Below, in pieces: positions 25,601 to 38,470 of a stretch of 64,000 bases of DNA (position 1 is the stretch's first letter; each line of letters begins with the position of its first letter). The stretch is from positions 482,281-546,280 of the forward strand of contig CM082584.2 of the NCBI GenBank assembly GCA_040954595.2, written 5' to 3'. The DNA comes from Balanoglossus misakiensis. Lineage: Eukaryota > Animalia > Hemichordata. The notes beneath the pieces are model-generated. The model did not search any database. It was given only the letters and a program-made list of their open reading frames with translations, and had not been told where the DNA came from. The position numbers were made by a program, and so were the translations under genes.

Positions 25601-28600
25601 TTAGATGATTGTCCAAAATTAGCTGATATCTGATAAATGTAGTATTGAACCGTTCTGTTTCTCCCCCCCCCCCCTTACATTATATGCGGTACGCCGATGT
25701 CACCTTACCCGGCAGTACTGCAGGCCGTGCCCCCAACTAACGTCGGTGTTTGAAGCGCCCTGGTTAAATTCGGGCTTTCTCTATAAATTAACAGGCAATA
25801 ATGCAGTCCTACCCGAACAAATGTCGAGTGTTGACCCGCTGTGACTTTCCCTCTTCGGTTTGCCCGACTTAGCCAACGTCTTTGTACTAGAGGGTCGGGT
25901 CTTTTGCCGAGCCAGGCCGAAGGAAATCCGACTTGATCACCGTTGCTAACGAACGCTAGTGTCTGTCATGGTGTGCCGGGGTTTTAGTCGAACCAGGCCG
26001 TAGGAAATCTGACTTGATCAACGTGGTCAATGTACGCCTGTTTCTGCTCTAGAGTGCCGGGGCTTCAGCTGATCCAGGCCGTAGGAAACCCGACGTGATT
26101 ACCGTTGTTAACTTACGCCAGTCTGTGTCCTATATATAGTGCGGGGCATCAGCCGTGCCAGGCCTAAGGAAATGTGAGTAGATCAATGTGGTCTCTGTAC
26201 GCGTGTTTCTGCTCTAGAATGCCAGGGCTTTAGCCAAGCCATGCCGTAGGAAATCTGACTTGATCAACGTTGCTAACGAACGCTAGTGTCTGTCATAGTG
26301 TGCCGGGGTTTTAGTCGAGCCAAGCCGTAGGAGATCTGACTTGATCATCGTGGTCAATGTACGCGTGTTTCCGCTCTAAAGTGCCGGGGCTTGAGCTAAA
26401 CCAGGCCGTAGGAAATCCGACGTAATCACCGTTGATAACTTACGCCAGTCTGTGTCATATAGAGCCGGTGCACCAGCGGAGTCACGCCGTAGGACATCTG
26501 ACTTGATCAACGTGGTCAATGTACGCCTGTTTCTGCTCTAGAGTGCCGGGGCTTCAGCTGAGCCAGGCCGTAGGAAACCCGACGTGATTACCGTTGTTAA
26601 CTTACGCCAGTCTGTGTCCTATATATAGTGCCGGGGCATCAGCTGTGCCAGGCCGAAGGAAATGGGAGTAGATCAACGTGGTCTCTGTACGCGTGTTTCT
26701 GCTCTAGAGTGCCAGGGCTTTAGCCAAGCCATGCCGTAGGAAATCTGACTTGATCAACGTTGCTAACGAACGCTAGTGTCTGTCATAGTGTGCCGGGGTT
26801 TTAGTCGAACCAAGCCGTAGGAGATCAGACTTGATCAACGTGGTCTCTGTACGCGTGTTTCTGCTCTAGAGTGCCGGGGCTTTATCCCAGCCATGCCGTA
26901 GAAAATCTGACTTGATCACCGTTGCTAACGTGCGCTAGTGTCTGTCATATTGTGACGGAGATTTAGCCGAGCCAGGCCGTAGAAAAATCGACTTGTTCAA
27001 CGTTACCAGTGTGCAACTGTTTCTGCTCTAGAGTGTCAGGGTTTTAGCCGACTTATGCTGTAGGAAATCTGAGTTGATGAATGGGAATTCAATGTTAAAA
27101 AACCTGTGTGGAAAGTGTCTCTACCCTTTTGAAACTAAGAAAATAATTTATTCTTATTTATTTTGTTAAAAAGACAATTTTTCGAAAAAAAGTCGAAAAT
27201 GGTAATTTTGTCATGGGTGATTCAAATTATACCGCCTTTTCTGGAATTTGCAGCACTTTTTACAAGAGAACGACACTTCATGCTCCATAATATTTCCGAA
27301 AATGAAGAAAAGAGTTAATTTTTTACGATTTTTTAAAAATTTACCATTTTTGTCAAAATATGGCCAAAATGGCTATTTTTTCTTGAATTCCGTCAATATC
27401 TCTGCATTTTTGGAGTGGTCGAAAGTTTTAACATACAATCAACATGTCATATATGATCAGGGCACCAAATTCGAAGAACAAAGGTTTTTTTTTATTTTTT
27501 TTCTAAAAATGACATTTTCAAGGAAAATTTGGTAAAACGCAATTTTGTCTGCAGTGAGCCAAATTGGCCGTTTTTTTGTGGAATTTGTATCGATATATGT
27601 ATACGAAGAGCATTCTATACTCCATCAGATTTCCGAAAATGTAGAAAACAGGTATTTTTTGTAATTTTCAAAAATTTACCATTTTGACCGAATTGTGGCT
27701 AAAATTGTTATTTTCGTGTTGAATGCCGCCAGTGTCACTGCTTTTAAAAGTCATTAAAACTTTTAACATACAAGCAATTGTTTATATATGATCAGGTCAC
27801 CGAATTTAAAGAATAAAGAATGTTTTCCCTAAAAATGACCTTTTTGGTGCAAAAACGAATAAAACGCAATTTTGTATTAAATCAGCTCATTCAGAGTGCA
27901 TTTTTTTATAATCAGCACCATTTTTACATATAATGGAAATTTCATACATCATCAGATATCCAAATATGAAAAAATGATTTAGATTTTAGATGATTGTCTA
28001 AAAGTAGCTGATATCTAATAAATATAGTATTGAACCGTTCTGTTCCCCCCCCCCCCTACATTACATGCGGTACGCCGATGTCAGCTTACCCGTCAGTACT
28101 GCAGGCCGTGCCCACAACTAACGTCGGTGTTTGAAACGCCCTGGTTAAATTCGGGCTTTCTCTATAAATTGACAGGCAATAATGTAGTCCTACCGGAACA
28201 AATGTCGAGTGTTGACCCGCTGTGACTTTCCCTCTTCGGTTTGCCCGACTTAGCCAACGTCTTTGTACTAGAGTGTCGGGTGTTTTGCAGAGCCAGGCCG
28301 TAGGAAACCCGACGTGATTACCGTTGTTAACTTACGCCAGTCTGTGTCCTATATATAGTGCGGGGCATCAGCCGTGCCAGGCCTAAGGAAATGTGAGTAG
28401 ATCAATGTGGTCTCTGTACGCGTGTTTCTGCTCTAGAATGCCAGGGCTTTAGCCAAGCCATGCCGTAGGAAATCTGAATTGATCAACGTTGCTAACGAAC
28501 GCTAGTGTCTGTCATAGTGTGCCGGGGTTTTAGTCGAGCCAAGCCGTAGGAGATCTGACTTGATCATCGTGGTCAATGTACGCGTGTTTCCGCTCTAAAG

Positions 28601-31600
28601 TGCCGGGGCTTGAGCTAAACCAGGCCGTAGGAAATCCGACGTAATCACCGTTGATAACTTACGCCAGTCTGTGTCATATAGAGCCGGTGCACCAGCGGAG
28701 TCACACCGTAGGAATCTGATTTGATCAACGTGGTCAATGTACGCCTGTTTCTGCTCTAGAGTGCCGGGGCTTCAGCTGAGCCAGGCCGTGGGAAACCCGA
28801 CGTGATTACCGTTGTTAACTTACGCCAGTTTGTGTCCTATATATAGTGCCGGGGCATCAGCCGTGCCAGGCCGAAGGAAATGTGACTAGATCAACGTGGT
28901 CTCTGTACGCGTGTTTCTGCTCTAGAGTGCCAGGGCTTTAGCCAAGCCATGCCGTAGGAAATCTGACTTGATCACCGTTGCTAACGAACGCTAGTGTCTG
29001 TCATAGTGTGCCGGGGTTTTAGTCGAACCAAGCCGTAGGAGATCAGACTTGATCAACGTGGTCTCTGTACGCGTGTTTCTGCTCTGGAGTGCCGGGGCTT
29101 TATCCAAGCCATGCCGTAGAAAATCTGACTTGATCACCGTTGCTAACCTACGCTAGTGTCTGTCATATTGTGACGGAGATTTAGCCGAGCCAGGCCGTAG
29201 AAAAATCGACTTATGCTGTAGGAAATCTGAGTTGATGAACGGGAATTCAATGTTAGAAAACCCGTGTGGAAAGTATCTCTACCCGTTTGAAACTAAGAAA
29301 AGAATTTATTCTTATTTATTTTGTAAAAAAGACAATTTTTCGAAAAAAAGTCGAAAAATTGCAATTTTGTCTTGGGTGATTCAAATTATACCGCCTTTTC
29401 TGGAATTTGCAGCACTTTTTACAAGAGAACGACACTTCATGCTCCATAATATTTCCGAAAATGAAGAAAAGAGTTAATTTTTTATGATTTTTCAAAAATT
29501 TACCATTTTTGTCAAAATATGGCCAAAATGGCTATTTTTCTTGAATTCCGTCAATATCTCAGCATTTTTGGAGTGGTCGAGAGTTTTAACATACAATCAA
29601 CATGTCATATATGAGCAGGGCACCAAATTCGAAGAACAAAGGTTTTTTTTTTTTTTTTTTCTAAAAATGACATTTTCAAGGAAAATTTGGTAAAACGCAA
29701 TTTTGTCTGCAGTGAGCCAAATTAGACGGTCTTTTGTGGAATTTAACGATATATACATACGAAGAGCATTCTACACTCCATCAGATTTCCGAAAATGTAG
29801 AAAACAGGTATTTTTTGTAAAATTTCAAAAATTTACCATTTTGACTAAATTGTGGCTAAAATTGTTATTTTCGTGTTGAATGCCGCCAGTGTCACTGCTT
29901 TTAAAAGTCATAATAACTTTTAACATACAAGCAATTGTTTATATATGATCAGGTCACCGAATTAAAAAAATAAAGAATGTTTTGCCTAAAAATGACCTTT
30001 TTGGTGCAAAAACGAATAAAACGCAATATTGTATTAAATCAGTTCATTCAGAGTGCATGTTTTATAATAAGCACCATTTTTACATATAATGGAAATTTCA
30101 TACATCATCAGATATCCAAATATGAAAAAATGATTTAGATTTTAGATGATTGTCCAAAATTAGCTGATATCTAATAAATGTAGTATTGAACCGTTCTGTC
30201 CCCCCCCCCCCCTTACATTATATGCGGTACGCCGATGTCAGCTTACCCGGCAGTACTGTAGGCCGTGCCCCCAACAAACGTCGGTGTTTGAAACGCCCTG
30301 GTTAAATTCGGGCTCTCTCTATAAATCGACAGGCAATAATGCAGTCCTACCGGAACAAATGTCAAGTGTTGAACCGCTGTGACTTTCCCTGTTCGGTTTG
30401 CCCGACTTAGCCAACGTCTTTGTACTAGAGTGTCGGGTCTTTTGCAGAGCCAGGCCGAAGGAAATCCGACTTGATCACCGTTGCTAACGAACGCTAGTGT
30501 CTGTCATGGTGTGCCGGGGTTTTAGTCGAGCCAGGCCGTAGGAGATCTGACTTGATCATCGTGGTCAATGTACGCGTGTTTCCGCTCTAAAGTGCCGGGG
30601 CTTCAGCTAAACCAGGCCGTAGGAAATCCGACGTAATCACCGTTGATAACTTACGCCAGTCTGTGTCATATAGAGCCGGTGCACGAGCCGAGTCACGCCG
30701 AAGGAAATCTGACTTGATCAACGTGGTCAATGTACGCCTGTTTCTGCTCTAGAGTGCCGGGGCTTCAGCTGAGCCAGGCCGTAGGAAACCCGACGTGATT
30801 ACCGTTGTTAACTTACGCCAGTCTGTGTCCTATATATAGTGCCGGGGCATCAGCCGTGCCAGGCCGAAGGAAATGTGAGTAGATCAACGTGGTCTCTGTA
30901 CGCGTGTTTCTGCTCTAGAGTGTCAGGGCTTTAGCAAAGCCATGCCGTAGGAAATCTGACTTGATCAACGTTGCTAACGAACGCTAGTGTCTGTCATAGT
31001 GTGCCGGGGTTTTAGTCGAGCCAAGCCGTAGGAGATCAGACTTGATCAACGTGGTCTCTGTACGCGTGTTTCTGCTCTAGAGTGCCGGGGCTTTATCCAA
31101 CCCATGCCGTTGAAAATCTGACTTGATCACCGTTGCTAACGTACGCTAGTGTCTGTCATATTGTGACGAGATTTAGCCGAGCCAGGCCGTAGAAAAATCG
31201 ACTTGTTCAACGTTATCAGTGTGCAACTGTTTCTGCTCTAGAGTGCCAGGGCTTTAGCCAAGCCATGCCGTAGGAAATCTGACTTGATCAACGTTGCTAA
31301 CGAACGCTAGTGTCTGTCATAGTGTGCCGGGGTTTTAGTCGAGCCAAGCCGTAGGAGATCAGACTTGATCAACGTGGTCTCTGTACGCGTGTTTCCGCTC
31401 TAAAGTGCCGGGCTTCAGCTAAACCAGGCCGTAGGAAATCTGACTTGATCACCGTTGCTAACGTACGCTAGTGTCTGTCATATTGTGACGGAGATTTAGC
31501 CGAGCCAGGCCGTAGAAAAATCGACTTGTTCAACGTTACCAGTGTGCAACTGTTTCTGCTCTAGAGTGTCTGGGTTTTAGCCGACTTATGCTGTAGGAAA

Positions 31601-34600
31601 TCTGAGTTGATGAACGGGAATTCAATGTTAGAAAACCCGTGTGGAAAGTATCTCTACCCGTTTGAAACTAAGAAAAGAATTAATTCTTATTTATTTTGTA
31701 AAAAAGACAATTTTTCGAAAAAAAGTCGAAAAATTGCAATTTTGTCTTGGGTGATTCAAATTATACCGCCTTTTCTGGAATTTGCAGCACTTTTTACAAG
31801 AGAACGACACTTCATGCTCCATAATATTTCCGAAAATGAAGAAAAGAGTTAATTTTTTATGATTTTTCAAAAATTTACCATTTTTGTCAAAATATGGCCA
31901 AAATGGCTATTTTTCTTGAATTCCGTCAATATCTCTGCATTTTTGGAGTGTTCGAGAGTTTTAACATACAATCAACATATCATATATGATCAGGGCACCA
32001 AATTCGAAGAACAAAGGTTTTTTTATTTTTTTTTCTAAAAATGACATTTTCAAGGAAAATTTGGTAAAACGCAATTTTGTCTGCAGTGAGCCAAATTAGA
32101 CGGTCTTTTGTGGAATTTGTATCGATATATACATACGAAGAGCATTCTATACTCCATCAGATTTCCGAAAATGTAGAAAACAGGTATTTTTTGTAACTTT
32201 CCAAAAATTACGATTTTGACCAAATTGTGGCTAAAATTGTTATTTTCTTGATGAATGCCGCCAGTGTCACTGCTTTTAAAAGTCATAAAATCTTTTAACA
32301 TACAAGCAATTGTTTATATATGATCAGGTCACCGAATTAAAAAATAAAGAATGTTTTGACTAAAAATCGGCTCATTCAGAGTGCATTTTTTATAATCAGC
32401 ACCATTTTTACATATAATGGAAATTTCATACATCATCAGATATCCAAATATGAAAAAATGATTTAGATTTTAGATGATTGTCGAAAATTAGCTGATATCT
32501 AATAAATGTAGTATTGAACCGTTCTGTTCCCCCCCCCCCTACATTATATGCGGTACGCCGATGTCAGCTTACCCGGCAGTACTGCAGGCCGTGCCCCCAA
32601 CTAACGTCGGTGTTTGAAACGCCCGGGTTTAATTCGGGCTTTCTCAATAAATTGACAGGCAATAATGCAGTCCTACCCGAACAAATGTCGAGTATTGACC
32701 AGCTGTGACTTTCCCTCTTCGGTTTGCCCGACTTAGCCAACGTCTTTGTACTAGAGTGTCGGGTCTTTTGCAGAGCCAGGCCGAAGGAAATCCGACTTGA
32801 TCACCGTTGCTAACGAACGCTAGTGTCTGTCATGGTGTGCCGGGGTTTTAGTCGAGCCAGGCCGTAGGAGATCTGACTTGATCATCGTGGTCAATGTACG
32901 CGTGTTTCCGCTCTAAAGTGCCGGGGCTTCAGCTAAACCAGGCCGTAGGAAATCCGACGTAATCACCGTTGATAACTTACGCCAGTCTGTCTCATATAGA
33001 GCCGGTGCACCAGCCGAGTCACGCCGTAGGAAATCTGACTTGATCAACGTGGTCAATGTACGCCTGTTTCTGCTCTAGAGTGCCGGGGCTTCAGCTGAGC
33101 CAGGCCGTAGGAAACCCAACGTGATTACCGTTGTTAACTTACGCCAGTCTGTGTCCTATATATAGTAACGGGGCATCAGCCGTGCCAGGCCGAAGGAAAT
33201 GTGAGTAGATCAACGTGGTCTCTGTAGGCGTGTTTCTGCTCTAGAGTGCCAGGGCTTTAGCCAAGCCATGCCGTAGGAAATCTGACTTGATCAACGTTGC
33301 TAACGAACGCTAGTGTCTGTCATGGTGTGCCGGGGTTTTAGTCGAGCCAGGCCGTAGGAGATCTGACTTGATCATCGTGGTCAATGTACGCGTGTTTCCG
33401 CTCTAAAGTGCCGGGCTTCAGCTAAACCAGGCCGTAGGAAATCTGACTTGATCACCGTTGCTAACGTACGCTAGTGTCTGTCATATTGTGACGGAGATTT
33501 AGCCGAGACAGGCCGTAGAAAAATCGACTTGTTCAACGTTACCAGTGTGCAACTGTTTCTGCTCTAGAGTGTCTGGGTTTTAGCCGACTTATGCTGTAGG
33601 AAATCTGAGTTGATGAACGGGAATTCAATGTTAGAAAACCCGTGTGGAAAGTATCTCTACCCGTTTGAAACTAAGAAAAGAATTTATTCTTATTTATTTT
33701 GTAAAAAAGACAATTTTTCGAAAAAAAGTCGAAAATGGTAATTTTGTCTTGGGTGATTCAAATTATACCACCTTTTCTGGAATTTGCAGCACTTTTTACA
33801 AGAGAACGACACTTCATGCTCCATAATATTTCCGAAAATGAAGAAAAGAGTTAATTTTTTATGATTTTTTAAAAAATTACCATTTTTGTCAAAATATGGC
33901 CAAAATGGCTATTTTTTCTTGAATTCCGTCAATATCTCTGCATTTTTGGAGAGGTCGAAAGTTTTAACATACAATCAACATGTCATATATGATCAGGGCA
34001 CCAAATTCGAAGAACAAAGGTTTTTTATTTTTTTCTAAAAATGACATTTTCAAGGAAAATTTGGTAAAACGCAATTTTGTCTGCAGTGAGCCAAATTAGA
34101 CTGTATTTTGTGGAATTTGTATCGATATATACATACGAAGAGCATTCTATACTCCATCAGATTTCCGAAAATGTAGAAAACAGGTATTTTTTGTAATTTT
34201 CAAAAATTTACCATTTTGACCAAATTGTGGCTAAAATTGTTATTTTCGTGTTGAATGCCGCCAGTGTCACTGCTTTTAAAAGTCATAAAAACTTTTAACA
34301 TACAAGCAATTGTTTATATATGATCAGGTCACCGAATTAAAAAAAAATTGTCTGCGGTGAGCCAAATTGGCCGTTTTTTGTGGAATTTGTATCGATATAT
34401 ATATACGAAGAGGATTCTATACTCCATCAGATTTCCGAAAATGTAGAAAACAGGTATTTTTTGTAATTTTCAAAAATTTACCATTTTGACCAAATTGTGG
34501 TTAAAATTGTTATTTTCGTGTTGAATGCCGCCAGTGTCACTGCTTTTAAAAGTCATAAAAACTTTTAACATACAAGCAATTGTTTGTATATGATCAGGTC

Positions 34601-35314
34601 ACCGAATTAAAAAAAATAAAGAATGTTTTGCCTAAAAATGACCTTTTTGGTGCAAAAACGAATAAAACGCAATTTTGTATTAAATCAGCTCATTCAGAGT
34701 GCATTTTTTATAATCAGCACCATCTTTACATATAATAGAAATTTCATACATCATCAGATATCCAAATATGAAAAAATGATTTAGATTTTAGATGATTGTC
34801 CAAAATTAGCTGATATCTAATAAATGTAGTATTGAACCGTTCTGTTCCCCCCCCTACATTATATGCGGTACGCCGATGTCAGCTTACCCGGCAGTACTGC
34901 AGGCCGTGCCCCCCCCCCCCCCCAACTAACGTCGGTGTTTGAAACGCCCTGGTTAAATTCGGGCTTTCTCTATAAATTGACAGGCAATAATGCAGTCCTA
35001 CCCGAACAAATGTCGAGTGTTGACCCGCTGTGACTTCCCCTCTTCGGTTTGCCCGACTTAGCCAACGTCTTTGTACTAGAGTGTCGGGTCTTTTGCAGAG
35101 CCAGGCCGAAGGAAATCCGACTTGATCACCGTTGCTAACGAACGCTAGTGTCTGTCATGGTGTGCCGGGGTTTTAGTCGAGCCAGGCCGTAGGAGATCTG
35201 ACTTGATCATCGTGGTCAATGTACGCGTGTTTCCGCTCTAAAGTGCCGGGGCTTCAGCTAAACCAGGCCGTAGGAAATCCGACGTAATCACCGTTGATAA
35301 CTTACGCCAGTCTG
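19613..35314. repeat. Composite macrosatellite, segment 2 (between the CACTA-like element and the Tx1 element)
   Basis: Same unit and orientation; poly-C landmarks at about 19652, 21203, 23253, 25661, 28045, 30200, 32529 and 34847. Confidence 0.97.
24200..24386 (+). mobile_element. 5'-truncated LINE 3' end (L2/CR1 group), 187 bp, copy 2
   Basis: Same sequence, truncation point, tail length and AACGCT flanks (24194-24199 and 24387-24392) as copy 1. Confidence 0.8.
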
Positions 35315-35524
35315 GATGGAGGGTGCTAGAGTCAGCCATCTACGGAAGCAGATTTCTAGCACGCTCAGAGTTTTCATCGTTTTTTCACGTGAAATCGTAG
35401 AATTTTGTGGCGAAACTGAAGGTATATGCTTTTGGATAGATACTTGCAGCTAACTCGAGAGCAAAGAAGCATTTTGATTCTCAGAAGAAAGACATTTTGC
35501 TAGTTTTCGTTGTCTCGAGCAAGC

Positions 35525-36342
35525 ATGGCCGTCAGAGACAAAGCCAGTTATGCGCAGGTGGTGACGACCAAACGCCTGCAAGACAAAGACGGTGAAGTAG
35601 GTGTTCTACCCGTCTTTCTGAAGCAGTCGGACATAGTTCCCAGGGACAGTAATCAATGGCTAAGAGGTGAGGAAATTATAGCAGCCGTTTCAGAAGTTGT
35701 CACCATCGGCAGCTTGGAAGGGCTGCAACGGATAAGAGGTCTGTGGCGTATTTATATGAATGACGAAGCAGACCGGACAATTTTGTTACAACATGGACTC
35801 ACACTACGCGGGAAGTCGATAGAGCTGTGGGGGCGAAATCCCTTCCGAAGAGAGTTTCATGAAGATTGGTTAAGATTAACGATAAAAGATCTACCATTGT
35901 CACACGATGATGATGCTATTGCCGCTACACTTACTGGTTTGGGCTGTAAGCTCAAAACAGATATATCCAGACAGAAATGGAGGTTAGAAGGCAAGTTGAC
36001 AAACATTCTTAATGGGGATCGAACTGTGTTCATCGAAAAACCAAAGACACCATTACCAGCTCAGGTTAAGATCGGTGCATTTTACGCGAAGATTATTTAT
36101 AAGCAATCCACAGCGGAGACGCAGCCACGATGCGGCAAATGCTTAGAGGAGGGACATACTGCGTACAATTGCACTGGACAAATCAAATGCAGACTCTGTA
36201 AAAGAGAGGGGCATATTGCAAGAAATTGTATGACTTCTCAGGTACACGAAGAATTAACGTCTCAGTCCACCAAATACACAATGCAGAAAAGGTCTACGAA
36301 TCCTGCCGATGCGGTATCGAGACTAGAAAGTGACAGCACACC
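35525..36342 (+). pseudogene. Tx1 ORF1p, N-terminal part (gag-like, two CCHC zinc knuckles), interrupted by a nested transposon
   Basis: ATG at 35525; SYAQVV N-terminal motif; NGDRTVFI motif; knuckles CGKCLEEGHTAYNC and CRLCKREGHIARNC. The track ORF continues to 36484 only by reading into the insertion. Confidence 0.9.
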
Positions 36343-38106
36343 CAGACGCTGTACAAACGCAACGCGCATGCGCGAGTTAACCCGGAAGCGTATGCAGCGT
36401 GATTCGAAAAGTTTTCTCTGCTGGAGCCAACTACTTGAGACTTCTGGCCGTAATCATGAGGAGAAACCAATAGTACAGAAATAGAGTTAAAGGAGTTAGA
36501 TGAATTGTCGTTTCGGACGCTTTAACTTGGTTAAGTATAAACGAAATGAGTGTTTACCGAATACATGAGAAGTTGGTCAGATTAGAAGTCGGCCAGTACG
36601 CGCGTATGAGAAGTCGGCCAGTACGAGAAGTCGGTCAGTTGTTGAACTTGCACCCGAATAGTGCAGTAATGACCCAGATTACTAATAACAACACTTAATA
36701 AAATATAATTGCACTAAATATTTTCATTTGGACGGATTTCGCACATTCTTGACATCACAATGGCGTCATTTCAATGATATTATGGCGTCTGGTTCCCCGG
36801 TCCCGTATCCGCGTAAAGGAGCTTAGGTTGTTCGCCAAATTCCTTCGACATTTCTGATTAAAGGGAGTTTCAAAGCCTACTAACATACATGTATGTGTAT
36901 ATTCATAGTTTCTGAGACAACACCAAACAGACAAACGCGACGAGGAACAGACTAGCGCAACGCAGTATATACTATAATTAAGTGCAGGTGACTGATGTTG
37001 ACGTACCCCGGTGACGTACATGCGAAGTAAACAGGCAGTTTTAAAATTCGTAGGTTATTTGTACAAATATCTCAACTCCTGTACATCAAGGAAACATTTC
37101 GTAATGAAACCTGCATAAAAATTCACCTTCCTACCACTGTAGCAAACAATGCATATCTACCATAGACTCGACGGCGCTCACCACTGCATAAATCTTGGTA
37201 TTGAGACTGTGTACGTGGTGACAAAGCGCATATCATCGCCATCGTCAGGTTTGGCGTAGTACTGACTGGCTTACTTATGAGTGAATGATTTCAAATTTCC
37301 AACTTACAGCAAGTTTGTTTCTAAGGACGCCGTCATGGTAATAGTTCAAAATTCGCGCCGCGCTATCGTTATGTTAATTAATTACATCAGTAAACGTGCG
37401 AATTTCGCGGCAAGACTGACTTCCACATCAAAACACGATCAAAATCATTCTAGTTCTACGTCCATGGTGTTACAGAAACAACATTTTTTGTTATTTTGTA
37501 TAGCTATTAGTAATTTAATATTATTAATAGCATTATCTGCTAATTTCACGTTCAGGTGGTTGCATCATCGGGGACGATAGCCTTGTGCAGTGTCTTGAAT
37601 CTCGTCTCGGCAGTAATAACCCAGGGTAATAACCATGCCAAACTTTCGCTAAATAAGGCATGACCAACTTCGGAAGCTTGGAAACATACTCGGGCAAGCG
37701 AAGTTTTTTCCGGGCAAAAGTATGGCTTTGAGTCAATTACTAAGCTTCAATTTGGAAAAGTTTTGGAACCAGCAACTTTAATTTGAAACCAGCAACTCCA
37801 TAAAACTGGGGATACATCACTGAAAAAATGAAGGCTCCAAAACGGAGGGACAAATGTGCGTGATTTATTCCTTGCAGAAAATGACTCAAAATAAACTATA
37901 AAAATGCATTTAGAATTTTGTTGTTCGTGTATATTAATCCCTGTGAAGTTTTTACTTTGGAAAGATTGACGGTTGAGTAACCCAAGCACCTCCATTTATG
38001 TTGATGCGCTTAGGAATCAAAGTCTCGACCACCCCTCCATTGTTAATCGACGAACCATTGTCAAAGAATGCGCACAACTATGCGCAATGCATTTGTACAG
38101 CGTCTT
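36343..38106. mobile_element. Non-autonomous TIR DNA transposon, Mutator/MULE-like, 1764 bp, nested in Tx1 ORF1
   Basis: 9-bp TSD CAGCACACC (36334-36342 and 38107-38115). TIR core AGACGCTGTACAAA / TTTGTACAGCGTCT extends imperfectly to about 27 bp. Removing the element restores the ORF1 frame. The superfamily is inferred from TSD length only. Confidence 0.85.
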
Positions 38107-38115
38107 CAGCACACC

Positions 38116-38470
38116 GTTACAAGGAACATCCAGGCGTGAAACGGGGGACGAAGACCGTGTTGAGAAACCGCAAAGTCTGGCAAACAAAGCACCTGAGCCC
38201 TCGAGCTCGAGCGTTAAATCACAAAGCTCAATTTTAGCGTTCTTAAAAGAGAACAGAGACGATAGACAAAACGATACTAGTGTCAGTGAAGGTGATGTAA
38301 CGGATATTGAAGGTGGCGAGGACCGGCGTTATGACACATCAAGAGAAAATTTCTCTGAATTGTCTGCTGAATCGCCACCACTGTTGTCATTGACCCAAAG
38401 CAAAGAAAATAAGAAAAAACGTAAAAGAAGACGAAAGCAGCAGCAGCAAGTCAGAATCAAAGGCTACTGA
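38116..38470 (+). pseudogene. Tx1 ORF1p, C-terminal part (low complexity, basic KKKRKRRRK tract)
   Basis: In frame with the N-terminal part after excising the insertion and one TSD copy (...SDSTP|LQGTSRR...VRIKGY*); reconstructed ORF1 is 390 aa. Confidence 0.85.
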
